A stretch of 64,000 nt of DNA, taken from positions 253,260 to 317,259 of IMG/VR virus record IMGVR_UViG_3300032242_003291, one strand, 5' to 3'. Below, in pieces: positions 20,076-28,575 of this stretch. The position numbers and the translations under genes were made by a program. Position 1 is the stretch's first letter, and the number at the start of each line of letters is the position of its first letter. The notes below the pieces were generated by a model. It was not told the DNA's origin and did not search any database. It saw only the letters and a program-made list of their open reading frames with translations.

Positions 20076-21005
20076 TTATTTAGTTCTTTTGTTTAATTTT
20101 TCATATTCGTATTCCAAAATTGTTGTAATCACATTCTCACTTAGATTCAATTGTTTTGCAACGTTTTTGATTGCTTCTTTAACTGATTCGTTTTTTGATA
20201 TGTTGAGTGCATTTATGTCACCTTGATTACAGTAAGGAAATTTGGTACACTTCTTTTTTACAGATACAAATTTTCCGCCAGGTACTTGTGTCTTTCTACT
20301 TGGTCCCCAATCTTTTTTCTTTGTAGATTTAGCCCACATAGCAGGACTTGAGTATCCACCAACTGAACCTGAGCCTGTAGCTTCTGTAGCTTCAACTTTT
20401 TCAGTCTCTTCTTTAAGTTTTTTAACATTCATTTTTGGTTTTGTTAAACCATCAATATGTATTTCTTGAGCACCATGGTCATTTTTATATCCAGCTTTGA
20501 TACCACCGTCTTTTTTAGATAAGTAATCAATTTTGATATTTTCTTTTGTATCTAACGTTTTAGCTTCATCTCCCACTCTAAATGACTCTCCATCATTATT
20601 AGTTGCTTTTTTAACTTTAGGAGATTCTTTGAATGGTTTTCTTCCTTCTTTAAGTTTGTTTGCTGGGTATGATTCCGCTCTACTTTTTTCCCAAAATTCA
20701 TTATCTCCATCTCCACCAAAAACAGGTGCTGAGAATGCCCCAGCCGAACCTGACCCTGTAGCTTCTTTAGTTTCAGATTTACTTTTCTTTTTCTTTCCCT
20801 GACAATGAGCTCTCTGACTGAACCCTTTTGGATGTGAACAATCTATAGACCTTTTATATTTTTCAGTCCATTTTTCAGTAACATCTTCTTCTTTCATACC
20901 TTGTTTAGCATTCATCATATCTAACATAGTATCACCATTGAGTGTTACTTGTGAGAAAGCCTTATCTAATCCTTTCTTAAACATTTCTCCTGATGTGTTG
21001 TCCAT
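20076..21005 (-). CDS. probable internal head protein
   Basis: Modules EKWTEKYKRSIDC...FSQRAHC and two EATGSGS(A/V)G repeats. Confidence 0.55.
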   Translation of the reverse strand: MDNTSGEMFKKGLDKAFSQVTLNGDTMLDMMNAKQGMKEEDVTEKWTEKYKRSIDCSHPKGFSQRAHCQGKKKKSKSETKEATGSGSAGAFSAPVFGGDGDNEFWEKSRAESYPANKLKEGRKPFKESPKVKKATNNDGESFRVGDEAKTLDTKENIKIDYLSKKDGGIKAGYKNDHGAQEIHIDGLTKPKMNVKKLKEETEKVEATEATGSGSVGGYSSPAMWAKSTKKKDWGPSRKTQVPGGKFVSVKKKCTKFPYCNQGDINALNISKNESVKEAIKNVAKQLNLSENVITTILEYEYEKLNKRTK

Positions 21006-21007
21006 TA

Positions 21008-21253
21008 TTAAGCGTTTTTAAGTCTTGGTTCCCAATAGCTTCTATTCATCCACATAAATTGATAGAACTCACGGAACATTCTTAGTGTGATATCTTTAAC
21101 GTCACCTTCGAGTTTTCCTTTTTTGATTTCCTTCTTCAATTTGTCAATGAACTTATCTTCGTATTGTCTTAGCGTACTTGCTTCCATAAAGCTTTTTATT
21201 TCTTTACGAATCAATACTTCGATTTCATTCTTTTCTGCGCTTGAAAGTGCCAT
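21008..21253 (-). CDS. hypothetical protein
   Basis: 81-aa ORF, translationally coupled. Confidence 0.7.
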   Translation of the reverse strand: MALSSAEKNEIEVLIRKEIKSFMEASTLRQYEDKFIDKLKKEIKKGKLEGDVKDITLRMFREFYQFMWMNRSYWEPRLKNA

Positions 21254-21663
21254 TATTTAGTAATTAAGAAAAAGGTTAATACTGCAACCATACCAGTACC
21301 TAAAATTGATTTGAATTTACTTTTTACTTTTTCTTTCTTGAGGTCCCACTCTAATCTTTTTGAATAATTTTCCATTAAATCATACTTTTGATTTTGAGCA
21401 TCAATTATTTTAACGTAGTTAGCTTCTTTGACTTGCATAGTATTAATAACACTATCTTTTAAGTTAACTTTAGTTTCAAGACCTGAGATATGTTGATTAG
21501 CTAAAGTTAATTCAGCTTTTGCAGAATCTCCTGACAATAAGTCTTTAGCGATTAATTTGAATACACTAATAGGTAAACACTTAGTTTTAATAGTGGTATC
21601 TTGCTGAGAAAAAGCTGTCAAGCTGAGGCTCAGTATAGTTACCAGCGCGATTAATTTCTTCAT
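21253..21663 (-). CDS. exported coiled-coil protein with C-terminal TM (spanin-like)
   Basis: Signal peptide ...LTAFS|QQ, coiled coil and hydrophobic C-terminus; overlaps the upstream gene. Confidence 0.55.
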   Translation of the reverse strand: MKKLIALVTILSLSLTAFSQQDTTIKTKCLPISVFKLIAKDLLSGDSAKAELTLANQHISGLETKVNLKDSVINTMQVKEANYVKIIDAQNQKYDLMENYSKRLEWDLKKEKVKSKFKSILGTGMVAVLTFFLITK

Positions 21664-21952
21664 GGTAGATTTCTTTTACGATTGTTTTTTGTCCCTTGAT
21701 GTTATTGATATCATTATCAACCGCATCAATTTTTTTATTGTAACCTTCTATGTTACTATCCAACTTTTGTTGGTCTTTGTAAATGTCTTTAATTACTTGA
21801 TTCAATGAATCAATTTTAGCCTTTTCATCTGCAGGCATTCCTACTTTTGGTGTAAGTACAAAAACAACCCAATACAATAGGAATAATCCTACTAATACTT
21901 TAGCAATTGTTTTGTAATTACCTTTCAAAAAATTTAAAATTAACTGTACCAT
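21587..21952 (-). CDS. i-spanin-like membrane-anchored coiled-coil protein
   Basis: N-terminal TM followed by a periplasmic-type coiled coil; near the endolysin. Confidence 0.55.
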   Translation of the reverse strand: MVQLILNFLKGNYKTIAKVLVGLFLLYWVVFVLTPKVGMPADEKAKIDSLNQVIKDIYKDQQKLDSNIEGYNKKIDAVDNDINNIKGQKTIVKEIYHEEINRAGNYTEPQLDSFFSARYHY

Positions 21953-22521
21953 TATTGTGGTGATTCTTTTGTTTTCTTTCTACTTGCAAGAACTTTACCC
22001 CATTTGGATTTGAACTTTTGGTAGAACTGTTGTAGTTTATTCATCGTGTTCATAAAGTCTTGGTCAACTTTAAGCATTTGACCATTAATATATACTCCAC
22101 TATTTTCACCAATTGTGAAAATAAAATCGATGTCTTCATCAATTAGTTTACCAGACCATTCAACATTATTAGGATAAACATTCAATGTTTCAAAGTCTGA
22201 TAAATCAGAAACTTCATTAACAAACTCATCCATAGTCTCTTGGAATGCAACTTTCTCATCTGTAGTAATATCTAAATCACTTCTACTTTTACCGTGAAGT
22301 GCTAATATACCACCTGAAATTCTGTACTTTTGAACCTTGTCTGATGGAGATGGTGTTTCATCATCTTCAATATCATCTTCGGCTGTTTCATAATCATTAT
22401 CTTGGTCAATCTTATCTTCTACATCTTGACCAACATTAATTTGTTCTTGTTCAAACAAGAATCTTGATTTCTTAAGGAGAGATTTAATCTCATCGTATCT
22501 TTCGTTATGCGTATTGCTCAT
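21952..22521 (-). CDS. hypothetical protein
   Basis: Likely start MSNTHNERY at 22521; N-terminal IKSLLKKSRFLFEQ. Confidence 0.7.
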   Translation of the reverse strand: MSNTHNERYDEIKSLLKKSRFLFEQEQINVGQDVEDKIDQDNDYETAEDDIEDDETPSPSDKVQKYRISGGILALHGKSRSDLDITTDEKVAFQETMDEFVNEVSDLSDFETLNVYPNNVEWSGKLIDEDIDFIFTIGENSGVYINGQMLKVDQDFMNTMNKLQQFYQKFKSKWGKVLASRKKTKESPQ

Positions 22522-23110
22522 TTTCAATGTATTTTGTAAAAGATGCAAAGTCAAAAGATGGATTTAGGTCTGTGTATTTTGAATCCAAATTACTTTTTGA
22601 GAATATACCTTCAAAGTTTTGAATTCCTTCTACTTTTGTATTATGACCAATACATCTTTTTTCTATATGAAGTGATTCAGTTAATTGTGAACATAGACCA
22701 GCTGCCGCTTGTAATTGGCTTGTGGTATAAGGTTCCCAAAAAAAGAAGTCTCTCCATTTTTTTTCGTACACCTGTTGATTATAAATACTCCCTTTCCAAT
22801 TAATGTAATCATTGCTCAATGGTTTCTTTTCTAACCAACCTAAATTCTCCAAACAAATTATGATGGAGCTCTTATTTAATGTTTCTTCTGTTAGGAAATT
22901 GGCGAATGTATCATCAGGTAATAATTGTAATATCTTACCTTCCTTGGTTATAACATAATGAGGTATCTTGTCATACTTACCGTAGTATCTAAATTTAAGG
23001 GAGGTTAAGTATTCCTCAACCTCCCTTGATGTATGACATAAGACAATCTTAGTCTTCTTTTTATGTTTCCCTATAAACTTGAAATTTCCGTATTTTTCAA
23101 TGTTAAGCAT
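22505..23110 (-). CDS. N-acetylmuramoyl-L-alanine amidase (Amidase_2 family), putative endolysin
   Basis: IVLCHTS, PHYVITKEGKILQL, NKSSIIICLEN, YTTSQL, IGHN, DLNPSF. Confidence 0.8.
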   Translation of the reverse strand: MLNIEKYGNFKFIGKHKKKTKIVLCHTSREVEEYLTSLKFRYYGKYDKIPHYVITKEGKILQLLPDDTFANFLTEETLNKSSIIICLENLGWLEKKPLSNDYINWKGSIYNQQVYEKKWRDFFFWEPYTTSQLQAAAGLCSQLTESLHIEKRCIGHNTKVEGIQNFEGIFSKSNLDSKYTDLNPSFDFASFTKYIENEQYA

Positions 23111-23807
23111 CTCTTCTTAAATAACTTAATACTTTTTTAATAGGACCAGGTTTTTCTTCCTCTATGGGTTCTTCAACAACTGATTCTTCAACAATTGGTT
23201 CAGGTATTGTTTCTTCAACTAATACTCCAAACTTGTCTTCGTTTATTTTACTTAACACAACTTCAAGTTTTTCCAAATCTTCTTTTGTTGCAGTCAATTT
23301 TGGTTCTTCAATTTCAGGTAATGGTTCTGTTGGTACCTTCTTTTTCTCCTCTTCTTCAAACTTAACTAACATGTGTAAAAACGAAAGAGAAATAATTGGT
23401 AACATTCCTCCTGCAAAGAATGCCAAAAATCTTTTATGTCCTACCAAATCTCCATTCTCAATCCCTAAGTATTGAACTAAAGGACTAACTAAGTCAACCC
23501 AGTCTTTGAATGATTGACTTGCAATGTCGATGAATTGATAAGCAAAAAAGACGTTACCGATAAATTGAATAAGGGTAACGATTGCAAATGGGAAATATAC
23601 TTTTCTTCCCATTCTAGCAGCAATTGCTGCCAAGGTTGATAATGCCGCAATCTCAACAGCAACAGATAGATAGATGGACCAACTTGTTGGGTTGGAGATA
23701 CCATACCATTTCGTTACGTGGGAGATTGATACAAGAGCAACCAATAAGATTGGAATAAGGAAAGCAATGTAAATTACTTTCTTCAGATTCTTTTCAATCC
23801 AATTCAT
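23103..23807 (-). CDS. multi-TM membrane protein with acidic Pro-rich tail (holin candidate)
   Basis: About four hydrophobic helices; directly upstream of the amidase. Confidence 0.55.
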   Translation of the reverse strand: MNWIEKNLKKVIYIAFLIPILLVALVSISHVTKWYGISNPTSWSIYLSVAVEIAALSTLAAIAARMGRKVYFPFAIVTLIQFIGNVFFAYQFIDIASQSFKDWVDLVSPLVQYLGIENGDLVGHKRFLAFFAGGMLPIISLSFLHMLVKFEEEEKKKVPTEPLPEIEEPKLTATKEDLEKLEVVLSKINEDKFGVLVEETIPEPIVEESVVEEPIEEEKPGPIKKVLSYLRRDA

Positions 23808-24088
23808 TATTTGTTATTTAATTTTTTTATCTCTTCTTCAATTTCAGACTGTCTTCTCACATCAAGAAGTTTTCTGTCAGTTGCTTGAATCATTCTTTTT
23901 TCTGCTTCAAGACCTGAAATTTTAAGTTCTTTGTTTAACTCACCTTTAGTATAAGTTGAGTCTTTGATAGCTTGAATCTCATTTTTGATTTTAGCTAAAT
24001 CTCTTCCGTCTCCACAGCTTTTGAATAATCCAAGTAATGCGATTACCAAGACAATCGTTGTGAAGTTGTTTTGAATAAATTTTTTCAT
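23807..24088 (-). CDS. putative lipoprotein with coiled coil
   Basis: MKK plus hydrophobic core ending LFKSC. Confidence 0.5.
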   Translation of the reverse strand: MKKFIQNNFTTIVLVIALLGLFKSCGDGRDLAKIKNEIQAIKDSTYTKGELNKELKISGLEAEKRMIQATDRKLLDVRRQSEIEEEIKKLNNK

Positions 24089-24119
24089 AGTTTTTTTATT
24101 TAATACCTTTTAGAAATAT

Positions 24120-24148
24120 AAAAGGTGTACTTAATAAATACACCTTTT
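24120..24148. terminator. intrinsic terminator after the sigma gene
   Basis: AAAAGGTGTA-N9-TACACCTTTT. Confidence 0.7.
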
Positions 24149-24156
24149 TAATCATT

Positions 24157-24954
24157 TTACATATAATCAAACAAGGAACCCGTCTCATTTCTTAATTTTC
24201 TAAGTGCTTTTTCTTTGATTTGACGGACCCTTTCCTTTGTTAAGTCAAAGTCACTACCAATATCTTCTAAGGTTCTTGTGGACCCTGAAAGACCAAAATA
24301 GTCCTCAATAATAATCTTCTCTCTCTCATCCAATACATCCAACATGGATAATAACTTTTCTTTCAAAGTTTGTTCCGTAGATAGACCAGCATCAGGAGCA
24401 TCTGAGTTTGGGTTATTAATAACGTCAATTAAGGTATCTCCTTCCTCATTCAAAGGACTTTCCAAATTAACTATCTTTGGTAAACTAGTGAATTTATCTG
24501 GTAAATTGTCTCCAGTGATTTCTTGTTCTTTTTTTGCCTTATGCAATTCTTGAACCACATTCACTGGTAGACGAATGGTTCTTGCGTTCTCATTAAGAGA
24601 TTGAAGGATGGATTGTCGAACCCACCAAACCGCATAAGATATGAATCTTAATTTTTTTGTCCAATCGAAGTTTTCGATTGCTTTCAATAATCCGTAGTTA
24701 CCTTCAGCAATCAAGTCAGGTAAATCTAACCCTTGGTTTTGATATTGCTTACTTACGGTAATAACGAATCTGAGGTTACCCTCCACCAATTCTTTTTGGA
24801 TTTCTTGTTTCTCTTGTAATGTTATATTACCTGACATCATCTTCTGAGCCAGTTCTCTTTCCCTTTCAGGAGTCATTACTTTAATCTTTCTAATGTCTTT
24901 AAGGTAGGAATTAATTTCCTCTTGATTGATAGGTATTACTGCTTTTTCTTTCAT
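24157..24954 (-). CDS. RNA polymerase sigma70 factor, Bacteroidota RpoD-like
   Basis: NLRFVITVSKQYQNQGL, FISYAVWWVRQSILQ, TLEDIG..FDLTKERVRQIKEKALRKLR; no region 1.1. Confidence 0.95.
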   Translation of the reverse strand: MKEKAVIPINQEEINSYLKDIRKIKVMTPERERELAQKMMSGNITLQEKQEIQKELVEGNLRFVITVSKQYQNQGLDLPDLIAEGNYGLLKAIENFDWTKKLRFISYAVWWVRQSILQSLNENARTIRLPVNVVQELHKAKKEQEITGDNLPDKFTSLPKIVNLESPLNEEGDTLIDVINNPNSDAPDAGLSTEQTLKEKLLSMLDVLDEREKIIIEDYFGLSGSTRTLEDIGSDFDLTKERVRQIKEKALRKLRNETGSLFDYM

Positions 24955-24957
24955 TAT

Positions 24958-25479
24958 TTATTTTTTACTATAACCGTCTAAAATGTCTTGTTCAAAGGGT
25001 GATAGTGATGGGTAACCTTTAGATAATATTTTATCAAGGATTTGGTCTAAGGTAGGTCTTCTAAGATACTGTTCTCGTTCTCCCAAAAGTAATGCCACAA
25101 AATCGTCTTCTTCCTCTTCATCCATATATAAGTCAGGATTGTTTTTCACCTGTCTCATATCTATATTAATACTTACATCGTCACTTACATTTTCTAAATC
25201 AAATAAGTGAGTTTTTATATCTTCAGGTACTGAAACTGACACATTGTCAGTAATCTCTGTCAAAATGAACGTTTCGGTAATTCCGAACAGTACGGTTTGA
25301 ATATAAACAAATACCTCTTCTTTATCGACCTCAGTCTCAAAATGGAACAATAAAATTCCTTTACTATGTTGAAACTTAAGGTGTTGTGAATCCACAATTG
25401 GTGTAATTGCCATCGCAATCTCAGTACACTCATCCTCCGACTTAAAGTCGCCAATAATCGTTAGCAAATATCTATCCAT
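24958..25479 (-). CDS. hypothetical protein with C-terminal DUF6576-like helix pair
   Basis: LDQILDKILSKGYPSLSPFEQDIL; likely ATG at 25479, with TATCTTTG at 25498-25505. Confidence 0.65.
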   Translation of the reverse strand: MDRYLLTIIGDFKSEDECTEIAMAITPIVDSQHLKFQHSKGILLFHFETEVDKEEVFVYIQTVLFGITETFILTEITDNVSVSVPEDIKTHLFDLENVSDDVSINIDMRQVKNNPDLYMDEEEEDDFVALLLGEREQYLRRPTLDQILDKILSKGYPSLSPFEQDILDGYSKK

Positions 25480-25549
25480 AATTTTTTGTAATTTAGTCAA
25501 AGATATGGGTTTAGTTTGAAAATCAGTATTTATACTGAATATTTTTGAA

Positions 25550-25577
25550 AAAAAACCTTAACAACGTAAGGTTTTTT
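25550..25577. terminator. bidirectional terminator after the R-M gene
   Basis: AAAAAACCTTA-ACAACG-TAAGGTTTTTT. Confidence 0.7.
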
Positions 25578-25583
25578 ATTATT

Positions 25584-27929
25584 TTAAAGTGAATCTAAAA
25601 ATTGTAAATTATGCGAATATGAACAACTTTTGATATATCTTGACATAAATTCTGTATTCAAATTACCATTTGAATCAATTGGTAGTTTTAATTTTAATTC
25701 AGCTAATCTAGTTTTACTTGCCCCTCTTCCATAATTAAATCTATAATTTTCTCTATTAATAAGTGTAACAATAAATAAAAGAATATATTGATTGTTTTCA
25801 AATTTTGGTTTCAATTTTTCAACGTGGTCACTAGCGGCAAAATTTAAATGTTGGTAATTACAAAATCCCAAAACAGAACTTTCAACAGTAATTACTTGTC
25901 CACTTTCTGTTTGGATGTCAGTGAATCTTTCAACACCATTATTTGTTGCTTGTGTTGTAACATAGGGATATTCACCGCCATCAGCAAACTTAATAATATC
26001 AGGTGGCGTTGTTTTCGTTCCAGTTATTTCAAAGATTTCAGGTAAATAAAAAGTTTTCCATTCAACTTGAGATAATTCAATTTGTTCCTCTTCTTGAGAT
26101 TTCATATAAACTTCCTCAACAAGTCTATTTGAAAATAAAAATGTTGAATATCTATGTAACTCATCGACAAATGAATTTTTATTTAGAGTTGAATAGTCTG
26201 TTTCCAAATAATTTTCTGCGGACCATTCAGATAAGGGTGTTATTGTTTTACAAACGGAAAACCCTGGTTCGTCTTGTCTGTTAATATAATCATTAACCCA
26301 TTTTTGTTTTATTTTAGTCCACTTACTATGAAAATCTACTCTACCTGAAGTTTTTCTCTTTACAAATCCATCGTCTTTATAATACCCAAAATAAACTTTT
26401 TTATCAAAATTGTGTGGTTTATGTGCTGTGAATATCATAATACAAGAAACTACACCGACGTTTGAATTATGAAATAGTTCATTGGGCATAGATAATACTG
26501 CCTCGAGTGTATGATTTTGTAGAATTTTGTCTTTTACTGCCATAACTTTCTTGCTCACAGTCACCGCTGAGGACATCGGTAAAATCGCTATACAAGTACC
26601 GTTCACTTCCAAACAATCAAGATTTGTATATACAAATTCTAATTCTTCAGTGTCATTTTTTTTATCACCTTTATACGGTGGATTTAAAAATCCGACTGTT
26701 GGTTTTTTTTCTTTGATTGTAATAATATTTTTTTCATCAAAACAACTTCCGCTTAATAAATTTTTTGTTTTCATATTATGTATCAAAAAATTTGAAATTA
26801 ATAAAGAATATATGTGAGACGAATATTCGACTCCTATTAAATTATTTTCTTTAATTTTTGAAATTAAAGATTCATCTCCTTTAGCATCTTCAATCATATA
26901 CTTCATTGCAGAGATTAGAAATCCTCCTGTACCTGTGCAATTATCCAAAACGACACTATTTTTATTAACTTGAGCTAATTCTGAAAAAAATTCAGTAATG
27001 TGAGGTGGCGTCAACACAATACCTAATCCTTTGTCTGAGTTAGAATATGATAAAAAAATGTTATATATCTCACCTAAAACGTCTCTAAATTTGTATGTGT
27101 CAATAAAATTTTTGATATTTAATTCAACATCAATTATTATATCTCTCAAAACATTTGGATTTGTAGTAAGTGCTGTATCAGTTTTAATAAAATCAAAATG
27201 GGTTTTCATTATTTCTAATTGGCGTTTACTCAAATCAACTTCTTTATCTAAGTATGAGTAAAAAGAAGTTATTAAATACTCCGCAAGTTGTGTAGGGTCA
27301 ATAAGATTTCTATATGAATTTTGAAAATTTATATTTTCTAAAGCAACTAAAATAGCACTTAGGAGTAAACTACGATAATTTTCAGCTATTTTCGCACTAT
27401 GAAGTTTTGTGTTTAAATTTTGAGCAAAAGTTCTCAATTTTTCATAATCTTGTAATATTACTTTTTCATTTTTAGTGTAAAAATTGGAGTATGATTCAAT
27501 ATCCAAAAGTTTATTACCTAAAACATTTTCTATTTTATATGAATTACGCTCCTGAAAAAAGTGACTTACTTTATAGTTTGAAGGGGAATTTCCACTTATC
27601 GCAATAGATAAAACATCATAATGTTTTGATAAAAAATTGGAGTAGTGTTTAACACCGTCTACAGCATATTTGACTTCATCAACATTACCATTGTTTTCAT
27701 GTAAGGAAATCTCACCCTTACATTCAGTAATAATCACTAAATCAGGGTGATTAAAAATTTGTATTATATGCTCAGGATATCCCGCACCTCCTTTCTTTGA
27801 TTTAGACGCACCTTTTAATGCATTTTTGATTTTATTGTTATCAGATTGATGGGTTTCTATTTTTCCGATACCTTCTAATTGAGATTTGAAATGGTCTCTT
27901 GTAAATTCTTGAATAATTGTTTCGTTCAT
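25584..27929 (-). CDS. single-chain type IIG/IIB (BcgI-like) restriction-modification enzyme with fused specificity domain
   Basis: N-terminal GYPE...IITECK nuclease, VLDNCTGTGGFL and NPPY MTase motifs, C-terminal HsdS-like TRD (WKTFYLPEIF...YPYVTTQATNNGV). Confidence 0.85.
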   Translation of the reverse strand: MNETIIQEFTRDHFKSQLEGIGKIETHQSDNNKIKNALKGASKSKKGGAGYPEHIIQIFNHPDLVIITECKGEISLHENNGNVDEVKYAVDGVKHYSNFLSKHYDVLSIAISGNSPSNYKVSHFFQERNSYKIENVLGNKLLDIESYSNFYTKNEKVILQDYEKLRTFAQNLNTKLHSAKIAENYRSLLLSAILVALENINFQNSYRNLIDPTQLAEYLITSFYSYLDKEVDLSKRQLEIMKTHFDFIKTDTALTTNPNVLRDIIIDVELNIKNFIDTYKFRDVLGEIYNIFLSYSNSDKGLGIVLTPPHITEFFSELAQVNKNSVVLDNCTGTGGFLISAMKYMIEDAKGDESLISKIKENNLIGVEYSSHIYSLLISNFLIHNMKTKNLLSGSCFDEKNIITIKEKKPTVGFLNPPYKGDKKNDTEELEFVYTNLDCLEVNGTCIAILPMSSAVTVSKKVMAVKDKILQNHTLEAVLSMPNELFHNSNVGVVSCIMIFTAHKPHNFDKKVYFGYYKDDGFVKRKTSGRVDFHSKWTKIKQKWVNDYINRQDEPGFSVCKTITPLSEWSAENYLETDYSTLNKNSFVDELHRYSTFLFSNRLVEEVYMKSQEEEQIELSQVEWKTFYLPEIFEITGTKTTPPDIIKFADGGEYPYVTTQATNNGVERFTDIQTESGQVITVESSVLGFCNYQHLNFAASDHVEKLKPKFENNQYILLFIVTLINRENYRFNYGRGASKTRLAELKLKLPIDSNGNLNTEFMSRYIKSCSYSHNLQFLDSL

Positions 27930-28033
27930 AATGTTTTTTTATAAATATAATAATATTGTACAAAAGTTCAAATACTAAATATGGAAATATTGTACGATAA
28001 TTTTTTAACTGAAGACATGTTGATAAATCTTTT

Positions 28034-28507
28034 TTACAAATATACTCTATTTTTTATACCCGAATATTGTTCGTACCACTTATTTTCTTTATCCATCCAA
28101 ACATATGGATTGGTAGGGTCTACTTGCCATCTGTACTTTGAATAAAACTCAAAGTCTTTCTTCAATAAATTGGACTTATGTGAATCGTGAAACTTTTGAT
28201 TACCCCACCACTCAGGATAAGTTACCGATTCATCAATCACTTCCTTATTCATGGTATTTTTGAATCCACGTTTAACCCACTCGTCAATACTTACATTCAA
28301 GTACATCTTAAGTAATGGTACGTATTGTCTCCACATAACAGAACACGGATGGTTTAACCAACCCTTGTAAGGAGTTCCATCTAACTTTGGTCTACCTGTT
28401 ATAGCATTGATGATTTGGAATGTTTCAACTCTCTGTTTTCCCAAACGTTTATCATCAAGTACTCTCAGTGATTCTGTAATGTCTGAATAGGGTAAGAATG
28501 TTTGCAT
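28034..28507 (-). CDS. pyrimidine dimer DNA glycosylase / endonuclease V family protein
   Basis: MQTFLPY...LDDKRLGKQRVE, HPCSVMW, SHKSNLLKKD. Confidence 0.85.
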   Translation of the reverse strand: MQTFLPYSDITESLRVLDDKRLGKQRVETFQIINAITGRPKLDGTPYKGWLNHPCSVMWRQYVPLLKMYLNVSIDEWVKRGFKNTMNKEVIDESVTYPEWWGNQKFHDSHKSNLLKKDFEFYSKYRWQVDPTNPYVWMDKENKWYEQYSGIKNRVYL

Positions 28508-28511
28508 GGTG

Positions 28512-28542
28512 CAAATATATGATGTTTAATTTAAATGGCAAA
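28512..28542 (-). promoter_or_regulatory. Bacteroidota sigmaA-type promoter
   Basis: TTTG-N19-TATATTTG, 4 nt from the ATG. Confidence 0.75.
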
Positions 28543-28544
28543 AT

Positions 28545-28569
28545 AAAACCCCACTTCATGGGTGGGGTT
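28545..28569 (-). terminator. intrinsic terminator after the sbcC-like gene
   Basis: AACCCCAC-N7-GTGGGGTT with a minus-strand U-tract. Confidence 0.7.
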
Positions 28570-28575
28570 AATTAA

